This document shows, piece after piece, positions 13,671 to 24,850 of a DNA stretch of 64,000 nucleotides. The translations under genes were made by a program, and so were the position numbers. The stretch comes from Hydrurus foetidus. Its lineage: Eukaryota. A model generated the notes under the pieces. That model was not told the origin of the DNA, did no database searches, and was given only the letters and a program-made list of their open reading frames with translations. The stretch lies in assembly GCA_900617105.1 (NCBI GenBank), contig UYFQ01000541.1, positions 1 through 64,000 on the forward strand, in the 5' to 3' direction. Each line of letters starts with the position of its first letter. Positions within the stretch are counted from its first letter, which is position 1.

Positions 13671-15284
13671 GTGACTAAAAAGAATTTAGCTTTTGTGTTT
13701 TCCGTAAGATGGAATCGTAGTCCTATATTAGCTTTTATAAGTTCACATATAGTTGATTATCCAACCCCAGTCAACTTAAATTACATGTGGAGTTTCGGTT
13801 CCACAGCAGGTTTATGCCTTGTTATTCAGATAGTCACAGGTATCTTTCTAGCCATGCATTATACACCACATGTAGATCTAGCATTTAGTAGTGTTGAGCA
13901 TATTATGCGTGATGTAAATAATGGATGGCTTATCAGATACATACACGCAAACGGAGCTTCAATGTTTTTCGTTGTTGTTTACTGTCACATATTTAGAGGG
14001 TTGTACTATGGATCTTATATGTATCCTAGAGGGTTGTTATGGGCAAGTGGAGTTCTTATCTTTTTATTAATGATGGCAACTGCTTTCATGGGTTATGTTT
14101 TACCGTGGGGACAAATGAGCTTTTGGGGGGCTACCGTTATAACAAATCTTTTTTCTGCAATACCTCTGGTAGGTTTTTCGATCGTTGAGTGGCTATGGGG
14201 AGGTTTTTCAGTAGATAACGCTACTCTCAATAGATTTTTAGTTTACACTATTTGATGCCTTTTTTGATTGCGGGTTTGACTCTAGTTCATTTAAGCTTAC
14301 TTCATAAAGAGGGATCAAATAATCCATTAGGAATAAACACAGCAATTGACACTGTTTCATTTTATCCCTATTTTTATGTAAAAGATCTTTTTTCTTTTCT
14401 AATTTTAGTTTTCATTTTTGCATTGTTTTTGTTCTTCTATCCAAATGCATTAGGTCACGCGGATAATTATACCCCAGCAAATCCGCTAGTGACTCCACCT
14501 CATATTGTTCCTGAGTGGTACTTTTTACCCTTTTATGCCATTTTGAGGTCTGTTCCTGACAAATTAGGTGGAGTTGCCGCGATGATTAGTGCAATATTAG
14601 TCTTGTTTTTGTTACCGATCATAAATACTTCTGAAATTAGAAGTAGTAAGTTTCGACCTATTTTTCGATGCATATATTGGTTTTAGTTTCAGACTTTATA
14701 ATCTTAGGTTGGATTGGTCAAAACCCGTAGAGAGTCCATTTATAGAAGTTGGTATGTGTGCGACAATTTTCTATTTTCTTTTTATGCTTGTGTTGGTACC
14801 ATCGATAGGAATACTTGAAAAGCACGTAATTGAAATGAAAAATCTTGACATTGACCTTCGTAGCAGATGGGGAATACACAAGCACGACTACAAAAATCAT
14901 ACTTGGGTTCGCAGTAACAAATATCCTTGGTTTCCTTTTATGAAAGGAGAACGCGAAGGACTCTACAATATTGAATATAAAGCAATGCTACCTTTATTCA
15001 ATTTTGGACCAGAAGATCCTAGAGCTAGTAAAAAAACTCAATATAAAATAAACGGGACGCCTGTTTCAGTAAATTTTCCGGACGGACACCCAGATGATAT
15101 TACCGCGATAAACGATCATGCCAGATTCATACATAGAGCTTACTTTTATAGTGATGAACTAGTAGATCCCAAGCTATTTGAGCAGCCTGTGCCTGCAATG
15201 CTTGCAACGATCCTCGCTTTTTTGCTATGGATAACATTCAAGTTAGCTAAATTAGCGCTAAGATTATTTTACTTCTATTATTAG
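13671..15284 (+). CDS. cob: apocytochrome b with GTG start, three homopolymer frameshifts (14235-39, 14681-84, 14720-23) and a ~150-aa C-terminal extension
   Basis: [33 protein letters not shown]; adding one nt at each run restores NRFFSLHYL, YWFLVSDF and WIGQKPVESP (538 aa in total). Confidence 0.95.
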
Positions 15285-15287
15285 ATT

Positions 15288-17341
15288 ATGAGCCAAAGGA
15301 ATTCAGATTTATCAAATATTCAGCTATACATCAATAATGTAAAATTTAGAGTTAAATCTGATGTTTCGGTATTGGAAGCTTCAAGTTTCGTCGGATTCAA
15401 CATAAGTAGATTCTGTTATCACGAGAGTTTGTCCGTTGTGGGCACCTGTCGTATCTGTCTAGTCGAGATTGAGAAGTCGTTAAGACCGGCTGCCTCATGT
15501 GCGTTGCCCGTTATAAACAACATGCGAATTCACATTGATACGCCTTTAGTAAAAAAAGCTCGTGAGAACGTAATTGAAACTTTATTGATAAACCATCCTC
15601 TAGACTGCCCTATATGTGATCAAGCGGGAGAGTGCGATTTGCAAGATTTAACTAGAATATTCGGCGGAGTTTACAGTCGCAGCTTTGAGTCTAAACGAGT
15701 TGTAGAGGACAAAGATTGTGGTGTTTTAATTAAAACAATAATGACACGATGCATACATTGTACACGTTGCGTTCGATTTATTACAGAGATTGCTGGTACA
15801 AATGCTTTAGGAACTTTTAGCCGAGGTACATATACTGAAATCGGTGGTTATATTCCTGTTAATTTCAAGTCAGAACTTTCGGGAAACGTTATCGATTTAT
15901 GCCCTGTTGGAGCTTTAACTTCAAAGTCATACGCCTTTAAGTCCAGACCCTGGGGCATGAGAATTCACGAAAGTATTGATCTAAGTGATAGTACTGGTAG
16001 CAACATATATGTTCATTTAAAAGAAGTAGAAATCCTTAGGGTTTTGCCTAAAAAAAACCACGAGATCAACGGAAATTTCATTTCGGATAAGTCTCGATTC
16101 ACTCATGACGCAAATAAGCATAGCAGAATAAAAGATCCCACAAGACATTTTCTTGATGACAATACCAGAAAATCCGATAAGATGAATTGGCAAAAATTCT
16201 TACTCGACATAGACATTATGATAAAACGAAAAATGCAAAAGATTCTACTCGTCGTTAATAATGATTTGGATCTTGAGGCTATGAATGCTGCAAAAAAATT
16301 AACGTATCGTAGTAAAAATTTAATTGATATAAAAAGTTTAAACTCTGCTTCAGTCGATGAGAGTTCTTTTTTCGAAAGACAACCAACAAATCAAATATCC
16401 GATATTGATAACATAAAATCGCGTTTTTGTTTTTTACTTTCCTCTAATTTACGATTAGAAAGCTGTATTTTAAACGGAAAGCTTAGAGCAAAGTATTCTC
16501 ATGAAGCTTTGAATATATACAGCTTAGGATATCACTTTTTGACAAGCCTAACTGCAGAGTTCATAACAATTGGAGTTTCTGGCCTAATTTGTTTTTTGAA
16601 GGAAAAGCTAACTCTTCAAAAAGTTCGTATCTAAGAGGGCACCTTTACTTTTCGTAGGTGAAAGTTTTAGAAAACGATTTGATCCCGTATCTTCTTTTGT
16701 TATGATGACAAAAGTAATCATGCCAACTTTAGTTCTATTCTTGATTGGTTCTTCATGTAATTCAAGTGGTGCATCTTTGATGAATCTCAGGTCTTTGAAT
16801 AATCACGATGTTTACAAACGAGATATAATTGTCTTCATAAATGTTGACGATACCTCACCAATAAGATCTACTTTTAGGCATAAAAACACAAAAATAATAT
16901 ACTGGTTGAATACTCACAACTCACAAATAATTCATGAAAGTCACTATACTTTACCCACAAAGAGTCTTTTTGAGTCAGAAGGAACTTTTTTAAACTTGGA
17001 AAACCGACCACAGAAAACCTTTAAAACATCTCACAAGATAAGTCCAAAACAAGGATTAAGATCCATCAACTTAGTTTTTAAAGGTATTTTGGGAAGTTTT
17101 GCGGCTTCATCTTTTAAGTTACACAAGCGAGATCGTTGAAAAACCAAGACGGTTTTCTTACATGGAGAAGAAGTTTTGCAATCTTGCGTCGGAGAGGGTT
17201 AGTTATCTAACTACTAAACTAAACAATTACCCTATATTGTCATCTATAGAAGACTTTCATACCAATGGATACTTTTCTAAGAATTCTTCTACAATGTTGC
17301 TATGCTCGAAAGAAGCTCGAATAGAGCAGAAAAGTTATTAA
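15288..17341 (+). CDS. nad11: NADH dehydrogenase subunit 11, full length, frameshifts near 16592-97, 16618-22 and ~17112
   Basis: Fe-S motifs FCYH, CRICLVE, NHPLDCPICDQAGECDLQ, RCIHCTRC, DLCPVGAL; later LPTKSLFESEGTFLNLENRPQ and the terminal SKNSSTMLLC; joined length ~685 aa. Confidence 0.93.
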
Positions 17342-17839
17342 TTCAATTAAACGGATTTCCTAACTATGTAATTAAAGAAATAAGGTATGCGCGATTTCAT
17401 TTAATGGACTAAATATTCAAAGTAAAACAAGTTATTTTTACAAAGTCTAATTTTGAACCAATGACAAATAGACGCCAAATTTGTGTTTGAAGCAGATTTT
17501 TTGACAATTCAAATCTCTTGAATGACTACTTAGTTCAAAAACTGTTTATATTTCATCGACTTTTTATTAAGGTATGAGTTTATCTTATAAGAAGGATTAT
17601 GAACCAACGTTCATGAAACTCTTAATGGCTTGCAAATTTAAACGAGTTGTAAAAAAAGTGGGCTTCATGACAAAGGTCACTTATCTCCCTCTGGAAAACG
17701 TAAAACAGTTTCTCTACGTATGAAACCTAGTCTTCAAACAAAGAAATTAACCCTTTCCCCTTCTTTCTTAGATTAATTTTGAATTAACTTACATGAGTTT
17801 TTATCTAGGTTCTAGAATTAAGAAGAATCAAGCGAAAGT

Positions 17840-18256
17840 CTAAAATCGAAGTTTTATCAAACATATAAATAATGTGACTTTAACTTTCATCAAAAGAGAT
17901 AGATTATTAACACAAATTAGGGCGTAGGTCTTATTTTTCATGATAAGATTATTTTTTTTTACCAAAACAAAAGATGAAAATCCTCGACTAGAATCTTTTA
18001 AATTTAAATCACTTAGTTTATCATAATAAGTCTTCACTAAAGCTGGGAGTTTAAGAAACAACTTTGTTTGTAGATTTATGCTTAAACCAACTTCTAAGGC
18101 GTTACTTCCAATCAAATGACTTGCATGACGTGTTTTAATATTTGAACTTTTTTGTAATGAACTTTCTAATACAAAATAGGAATCTTTCGCTTCAGTGTAG
18201 ATTTGAATTATGCTTTTTTTAAGCAATTTTTTTAACTTAGGCGACATGTACAACAT
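17840..18256 (-). CDS. hypothetical protein (138 aa) at the end of the ribosomal protein cluster
   Basis: ATG-started ORF, same strand as and 55 nt downstream of the rps1-like gene; no motif recognised. Confidence 0.45.
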   Translation of the reverse strand: MLYMSPKLKKLLKKSIIQIYTEAKDSYFVLESSLQKSSNIKTRHASHLIGSNALEVGLSINLQTKLFLKLPALVKTYYDKLSDLNLKDSSRGFSSFVLVKKNNLIMKNKTYALICVNNLSLLMKVKVTLFICLIKLRF

Positions 18257-18310
18257 AAAAGCATTTTTCTACAAAAAATTTCTAATTTGATTTTTTACAA
18301 ACGAATATTA

Positions 18311-19268
18311 TCAAATCCTACGCTTGAAACATTCAAACTTTTTGATTAATTCTAATTTAGTTAATTTAGCACGCGTTTTCTTTCTAGAAGAGTTTGTTGA
18401 GTGGAATATAATCTTAGGCAACAATCGAGTAGAATCATGAGATTTCTTTTTTCTACTCAAAACAAAGTTATTCCTTCTGAATCGAAAAACTTTAGTAAAA
18501 GTTTTGATAACAAAACGTAATCTTGGAGGAGATGAGACAAACCAGCGAAACCTTTGATATTCAACAAGAGATTTGAAAGCAAGTCGACTTTTGCTGCATT
18601 TTTTACGTCCTATTTTAAGCATTTTGTTAAACTGAGTTTCTGGCAAAAACCACGAAAACCAGAAGAATAGCACGAAAAACCCCTTTTTCTGCATTAAGCA
18701 ATATAAGGCTATTCTCTCTTTCTTTTATTCTCCCTGTAATCAAAGTTCTAATTCCTTTCAAAAATAAGTTGACAAATTGATTCGGTCGACAAATCCTGAA
18801 TTGTGCTATTTCGAATCTTATGAAATTACTTTTTCTACTTTTGTAGATATGAATTGTTGTATAAGAAGAGTTACCTTTATGTCCTCGCTTTTTGAACTGC
18901 TCTCGACTTTGTATCTTATTAATAATTTCTAAACTGTGTAGGGGTCCCTGTCCCTTGCTTTTTTCTATTTTTCGCCGAAGTTTTCGTCTAATGAGTTGCT
19001 CTTTTCTGCGTCTTCTATATCTTGCGCTCACTAGAACTGCTTTTAGTTTGTGCGTAGCGTAGTAATACTTACGTCTTTTTCGTCTTTTCTTTTCAATAAA
19101 AAACTGTTTGTTATTTTCTACTCTGTGTAGACGACTAGAATCTAGTAAAACGTTTCTAACGTATGACTTCTCATACAATTTTGAGTTGCATACTTTCTTA
19201 TCAACAATTTCGTTTAAAACATGTTTTTCCTTAGAGAGTATTTCTTTCAAAAACATACAGTCGTTCAA
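18311..19268 (-). CDS. rps1: probable divergent ribosomal protein S1, two homopolymer frameshifts (C4 18680-83, A5 18645-49)
   Basis: joined frames read LNAEKGGFSCYSSGFRGFLPETQF...RRNNFVLSRKK, matching the S1-domain KGGxxxxxxGxxxFLP and NxVLSR motifs; ATGA overlap with the rpl16 stop. Confidence 0.7.
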
Positions 19269-19678
19269 TTTGTTATTATTCTAGCTTTTATATTCAATCT
19301 TTTTTTTAGTGCTATCAATAACTTTTTAGCGGAATCAACGTCGTCTGTGATGATTTCACATAATGTAAACCCAGGTCTTACTTTGAAAACCCAGTGATCG
19401 ACACTCCCTTTTCCTTTACCCATGCGAATAGCAATAGGTTTTCGGCTGATAGGCGTGCTTGGGAAAGAGTGAATCATCAAACGACCCCATTTTTTTACTT
19501 GCTTATTTATAACTTTTTTTATTGCCTCAACTTGTTTAGAGTTTAATCTACCAAAAGAGATTGCTTTTAAACCGATTGAACCAAAATGCAAACAATTTAA
19601 ACCATTTGAACTTTTTATGGAATTGAAAAACTTTCCTTTTTGTTGTTTTTTAAACTTTGAATTTTTAGGAATAAACAT
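19265..19678 (-). CDS. rpl16: ribosomal protein L16
   Basis: PKNSKFKKQQKG, KPIAIRMGKGKG. Confidence 0.97.
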   Translation of the reverse strand: MFIPKNSKFKKQQKGKFFNSIKSSNGLNCLHFGSIGLKAISFGRLNSKQVEAIKKVINKQVKKWGRLMIHSFPSTPISRKPIAIRMGKGKGSVDHWVFKVRPGFTLCEIITDDVDSAKKLLIALKKRLNIKARIITN

Positions 19679-19683
19679 AATTT

Positions 19684-20517
19684 TTAAATTCTATAAACCC
19701 AAGCTTTGAAACCGAAAACTCCATACAAAGTATATACGTCAAACTTGGCAAAGATGATATCTTTTGCTATAGTAGAGTTCGGCACGCGACCAAAAAGGCT
19801 GCAATTGGAGCTTGCTCTTGCTTTACCTTTAAGTTTACCATTCAAAACAAATTTTAAACCTTTGATCTTAGATTTAGCAGACGCCAATCTTTTTACTTTA
19901 GACGAATAAACTATTAAGTCGAAAACCGTTCTTAAAAAAAGTAAGAATCTACCGTGTGTTCTCTTTTGGACGAGCTTAAAGATTAAACCTAAAAACGAAA
20001 GGTATACTTTTAAAGAGAAGAAGTCTTCGCTAAATAAAGAACTTGCCTTGAGGAAATCAATGAAAAAGTTAAAACGCCTTAAAAATAAGACTCCAACGAA
20101 TCTTTTCAACTTATTGTAAAAAAAACAAACTAGTTTCCGGTTTACTTTTTTATTAATCACATTCAATTTCAAGATAACAAGATTACTTTTTAACAAGCTA
20201 AACTCTCGTGCCAAAAATCTACTTATTTTGTTTCTGACGCTCCAAAAATGTGAATTCTTTACACTTTTTAAAGACTTTTTCCTATAATGGGTTAATTTGG
20301 AAACCTTAAAGAATACGTTTAAATCCAAATAAACTTTGTTGCTAACGAAATTTATTTGATTTCCAGTTAGTAGAATATTTTTCTTTTTCAAAAGTTGTTC
20401 AAAAGACTTTAAAAACCTTAATCCATGTAAGAACTTTATCGACTCTTTTTCATTACCTGCAAAATTTAAACTGTTTTGCTTTTTTTTCAAAGTTAACACA
20501 TTAGACTTCTGTCCCAT
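19684..20517 (-). CDS. rps3: ribosomal protein S3
   Basis: N-terminal MGQKSN, KGLKFVLNGKLKG, TLYGVFGFKAW; lies between rps19 and rpl16. Confidence 0.93.
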   Translation of the reverse strand: MGQKSNVLTLKKKQNSLNFAGNEKESIKFLHGLRFLKSFEQLLKKKNILLTGNQINFVSNKVYLDLNVFFKVSKLTHYRKKSLKSVKNSHFWSVRNKISRFLAREFSLLKSNLVILKLNVINKKVNRKLVCFFYNKLKRFVGVLFLRRFNFFIDFLKASSLFSEDFFSLKVYLSFLGLIFKLVQKRTHGRFLLFLRTVFDLIVYSSKVKRLASAKSKIKGLKFVLNGKLKGKARASSNCSLFGRVPNSTIAKDIIFAKFDVYTLYGVFGFKAWVYRI

Positions 20518-20523
20518 AAGATT

Positions 20524-20787
20524 TTATTTTTTTTTCGATAAGGATTTTTTTGTTTTTGATGCTTTTAGTTGAAGCTTACGAGTAAATGAAAATTCTCCAA
20601 GTTTAAAACCAATTTTTTCTTTTGTAATTATAACTCGTCTAAACTCTTTTCCATTATGAACGCAAACGATAGTGTTAACCAGTTTGTTAGGTATGACAGA
20701 AGATCGCAACCAAAGATTAGGATATAATTTTTTTTTAGTTAATGTATGACAGTCCATAAAGGGACCTTTCCATTTTGCTCTACTCAT
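20524..20787 (-). CDS. rps19: ribosomal protein S19
   Basis: MSRAKWKGPF, VHNGK, GFKLGEFSFTRK. Confidence 0.97.
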   Translation of the reverse strand: MSRAKWKGPFMDCHTLTKKKLYPNLWLRSSVIPNKLVNTIVCVHNGKEFRRVIITKEKIGFKLGEFSFTRKLQLKASKTKKSLSKKK

Positions 20788-21566
20788 CTTTTTTTAATAA
20801 CTGTGGGTTTTCCCTTAGTCGGGATGCCCCAAGGAGTTACAGAAGGTCTTCCTCCATTGGTTCTTCCTCCGTGCGGATGGTCAACAGGATTCATCGCAAT
20901 CCCTCTAACGCTAGGACGGATTCCTAAAAGTCTGCTCCGCCCGGCTTTTCCTAAATATATTGACGAATATTGAAAATTTGAAATAATTCCCATAGTACCA
21001 AAAGAATTAATAGGAGTTTTTTTTATAAGACCAGACGGAAGTCTTACTCTACATATATTCAAGTCTTTTTGAATGACTTGAAAATAAAGACCTGCAGATC
21101 TTACGTATTTTATCTTAGAGTTTAGACTTAGACTATGAAGTATAGATCCCGGCGGCACATGTTCGAGATCTGTTCTATTTCCCAATTTCAAATCAACTTT
21201 TTTTCTGTTACACTCCTGTAACGAACCAGGCCCAACTCCAGCCGTGGATATGATTCGAAAAAAGGTATTTGAAACAAAGTCGAAATTTAACGAGATAAAC
21301 GAGTTACGATAAGGATCGTACATTATTGAGATGACAACACTTTTTCTTCTTATATCTGAAAATTCTAAGACTCTAAACTTTTTTTTGCAACCTCCTCCAA
21401 GATGACGAGTCGTAATTCGACCTGTTTCAGAACTTCGTCCTTTAAACCTTCTAAATCCAACAATACTCTGTTTGACTAGGTGATTTGTCTTAGATAAAAA
21501 ACCTTTTTTTACGTTTGTGCGATGTCTTATTCCATTAGTATAGGGTTTGAATTTCGATATTTGCAT
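20784..21566 (-). CDS. rpl2: ribosomal protein L2 (start placed at 21566 because the ATG at 21581 lies inside trnR)
   Basis: GRITTRHLGGG, YDPYR, RPSVRGIAMNPVDHPHGG, TPWG. Confidence 0.97.
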   Translation of the reverse strand: MQISKFKPYTNGIRHRTNVKKGFLSKTNHLVKQSIVGFRRFKGRSSETGRITTRHLGGGCKKKFRVLEFSDIRRKSVVISIMYDPYRNSFISLNFDFVSNTFFRIISTAGVGPGSLQECNRKKVDLKLGNRTDLEHVPPGSILHSLSLNSKIKYVRSAGLYFQVIQKDLNICRVRLPSGLIKKTPINSFGTMGIISNFQYSSIYLGKAGRSRLLGIRPSVRGIAMNPVDHPHGGRTNGGRPSVTPWGIPTKGKPTVIKKR

Positions 21567-21576
21567 AAATAAAAGG

Positions 21577-21648
21577 TACATCTTACAGGATTCGAACCCG
21601 TGACTTTCAGCTTAGAAGGCTACTGCTCTTCCATTAAGCTAAAAATGC
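21577..21648 (-). tRNA. trnR: tRNA-Arg(UCU)
   Basis: GCATTTT...AAGATGT-A, anticodon loop CT-TCT-AA. Confidence 0.92.
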
Positions 21649-21712
21649 ATGAATTCAAGTGAGGGGGGAAAAAGCAAAAAGAAGCGCCATTTTTCATTAC
21701 TTATGACGTCGC

Positions 21713-21952
21713 CTATGAAAAAAGTGAGCTATTCTCTTCTATAATTATCGGCATAAGACTCAGCGAGAAAAATTTATCCGTTGACAGTTCTTCGTCATCA
21801 ATGCAAATGGATTCTGAAATTAGTCTGCGCATCTTCATTACTTCTAAAAATGGAGCGATTAGAAGGGTACTGCAACCGACGTAAAAAAGCCAAAATGTAC
21901 TCGAAACTAAGAAATATTGCTCTGAATAAGAGAAAAAATCTAGTTGAGCCAT
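21713..21952 (-). CDS. atp8: ATP synthase subunit 8
   Basis: MAQLD (variant of MPQLD) then QYF, one hydrophobic helix and a KMRR basic patch. Confidence 0.85.
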   Translation of the reverse strand: MAQLDFFSYSEQYFLVSSTFWLFYVGCSTLLIAPFLEVMKMRRLISESICIDDEELSTDKFFSLSLMPIIIEENSSLFS

Positions 21953-22042
21953 TATGAACTAATTTTTTGATAAACAATACTCGTATGTGTTAAAAACAAC
22001 CTGCTTTTTGCCCCTGAATAGAAACGATCCAAATTAAAAAGA

Positions 22043-22360
22043 TTACCTACGAATTGTACTAATTTGATTAATAGATATACTCCCTCTGACTCTGTAATAA
22101 GCTATAATTATAGCAAGTCCAACAGCTGATTCTGCAGCAGCTACAGTGAGTATAAAAAAAGAAAAAATCTGTCCATATACGTCGTCAAAATAAATTGAGA
22201 ATAGAACAAAACTAAGACTTAACGATAAAAGAACCAATTCTAAACAAATCAGTATAAAAAGAACACTTCTACGATGGACTATTATGCCTATCAAACCAAT
22301 CGTGAATATCAAGAAGTTTACAGATAATTGGACTACAAACATAATTTTTATACGAAACAT
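22043..22360 (-). CDS. nad4L: NADH dehydrogenase subunit 4L (alternative ATG at 22342)
   Basis: LICLELVLL, DDVYGQIF, VAAAESAVGLAI, YYRVRGSI. Confidence 0.97.
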   Translation of the reverse strand: MFRIKIMFVVQLSVNFLIFTIGLIGIIVHRRSVLFILICLELVLLSLSLSFVLFSIYFDDVYGQIFSFFILTVAAAESAVGLAIIIAYYRVRGSISINQISTIRR

Positions 22361-23948
22361 CGACTTGTCGATTAAATGAAATAAAATGATATAAAACGAC
22401 TCTCGGGTGTATGAAACTTCTAGTTAGATGAGCAAACATTTAACTACACCTCTCTAGGAGCTCCAGGGCCCATCTATCTGCACCTTGTGGTGTCTGCTAA
22501 TATAGTTCCACAGCACAAATCCTACGAGAATCAAAGGTTATCCAGGCATTATAAAAAAGAATTTGGTAAAACGAAGAAATTTCCCAGATCAAAAGAAATG
22601 CTACGATCACGACTTTCAATAGGAAAAACAAGAACCTTGCAAACTTCATTGCGAGGCGACCCAGATCTAGCACATCGATGCTATCAACAATGCAGTATTG
22701 GCAAAGCTCCATAATTGTTAGAGCTAGCCACACACAACTCTTCACTCCCCCCCATTTAAGGCTAAAAACTTCACAACCCAATGAACTATGTCAAAACTTA
22801 AAACCCCTAATAGAAAAGTACTAACACGCAACTGAAATTTAAGTCGTGATTATTAAACAGGCGGACAAAATTAGTAAAGTTAAAGTTGCACAACATTATG
22901 ATTTAAGAAAGAAAGCTAATCCGTAAAATCAAAATCGAGTATTTTCGGTAAATACATAAAATCTTATTTATTAACTAATTTCAGTAAATTCTCATTTATC
23001 GCGATTTATCTTAATAAGACAAATCTCAAATCTAATCAATTATTCATATTTTGTCAAAAAATTATAAAATTGAATCTAAGTTCCTTAAATATTGGAGCAG
23101 TCATGAATCTTTAAAGAAGGTCGACTTTATTCACAAATTTCCTAACAAATATGTAGCCAGCTATTTAAAAGTGATATCAAATCGGGCAACTTCAAGATCT
23201 AATAAAAGAAGGCTAAAGACAATTGACAATTCACCCTAGAAGTCTAGAAAAGCACAAGTCAACTGCAAAACTTATGGCAAGGCTAAATTATACAGTACCG
23301 CCGAGAATTTAGCACGATTCTCAATCAGTCGAAAGCTTATTGTTTTTGCGTCACTGAGAAGTTGTATTTCTGCTTCAATACACTCAAACATGTGCAGAAA
23401 AGCCTTTCTAGTGCAACAAAAAACAAGATCTAACAACAAGAAATACATTCACATAGTTTTTTTCATACTGGTTCCGCGCTTCTTTTTGTCACCAGCATCG
23501 ACAACTGATAAAAACTAAGAGTATACAATCCGTTTATGGCAAAAGCGAATTCCACGTTCAAGTCTCTCCAATAACTATTTCACATCAATGAATATAACTA
23601 TTGGATGTGAAATGTAAGACAAACAAGATTTTATAGATGATACCGTATCCTTCGCATTAAACGAGATTGGTATCGCACATCTCGACAGCATTGAAAACTG
23701 AGGATTTGACACGTAACCCTCATAACCAAGTGCTTATTAAACAGTAATAAAAAGCACCTTAGGAAAATAGTCAACGTTACTTCGACGAATATTGTAAAAT
23801 TTGTTTTATCGAATACACGATCTTATTTGTTCGCTTCGCAGATCTCAAATGAAGATAACCTTTTCTAGAAGGAATTGAATGTAAAACCTCTCTTCGCAGG
23901 AGAAGTTTCTACTATCAAACTTCGGATTTCTTTCATGGATGAGTTTGT

Positions 23949-24773
23949 TTATAAACTTAATCCTTCTCCAATATAAATGCAAATAAGATTCACAAAAACA
24001 GCGGACTGTATAAGTGCAACAGATGTTTCTAAAAGCATTAACGGAATCATGATCAAAACAGATGCTCCATGACAAAGATACGAGTAGCATGAACAATTTA
24101 CGAATCCCCAAGCACAACCCGCCACTATTTTGACTAAAGTATGACCTCCCATAGAATTGGCGAATAATCGTGTAGCTAAACTCAAAGGTCTACAAAAAAA
24201 TGAAAGGCATTCTACTGGTACTAGTATCAAGGCAACTCCTATAGGAGTATTTGGGGGTAACAGCAAAGTAAAAAACTTGATTCCGAAGCGTTTAACACAT
24301 ATGATATTCATCCCAATAAAAAACGATCCACTTATAGTAACAGTAACTGCTACATGGCTTAACAAGGCTGCTGTATGAGGTATCAATCCCGTTAAATTCA
24401 AGCAAAGCATATAAAAAGAAAGCGTCGTTATGATCGGAAAAAATACTGTGCCTTCAATTCTACTTATCCTTTCTTGAGTTAACACAAGAAGTCCTTTTAA
24501 ATACTTTTCTAAGATGTATTGAAGACGAAGAGGGACGACTAAATGAGTATCATCTAAGTAACTTGTCAGACTAGTGCGCAAACTTAAAACAGTCAAAATG
24601 ATCAAAAGAAGAGCAATCGTTTGATTGGTGACACTAATATCAAACCATCCTAAATAAATTGGGATTAAAGGCATAATTTCGAACTGTTCAATAGGACTCA
24701 AAAGAAAATCAACGCGAGGCTTCGCGTCAAGTGTGTAAAAGTCAAAAAGACAACAATACTCGCTTTGGGACAT
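23949..24773 (-). CDS. atp6: ATP synthase subunit a
   Basis: SPIEQFEI, RPLSLATRLFANSMGGHTL, LETSVALIQSAVF. Confidence 0.96.
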   Translation of the reverse strand: MSQSEYCCLFDFYTLDAKPRVDFLLSPIEQFEIMPLIPIYLGWFDISVTNQTIALLLIILTVLSLRTSLTSYLDDTHLVVPLRLQYILEKYLKGLLVLTQERISRIEGTVFFPIITTLSFYMLCLNLTGLIPHTAALLSHVAVTVTISGSFFIGMNIICVKRFGIKFFTLLLPPNTPIGVALILVPVECLSFFCRPLSLATRLFANSMGGHTLVKIVAGCAWGFVNCSCYSYLCHGASVLIMIPLMLLETSVALIQSAVFVNLICIYIGEGLSL

Positions 24774-24850
24774 TGTCTAGAAACCATCAGGAGCTTTAAA
24801 GAATTTAATGATATCTTTATAATGTCATATTTGAACTTTAATCAAGTGAG

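Noticed and set aside
14835..15284. Cob fused to cytochrome c1
   Set aside because: The extension has a C-terminal hydrophobic helix but no CxxCH haem-binding motif
15288..17341. Genuinely split nad11 (nad11a/nad11b as in some stramenopiles)
   Set aside because: The breaks fall at homopolymers, the intervening sequence encodes conserved residues in shifted frames, and the joined length is full size
22497..22781. 94-aa hydrophobic minus-strand ORF upstream of nad4L
   Set aside because: TTG start, no recognisable motif (not atp9 or tatA by eye); cannot be supported as a gene
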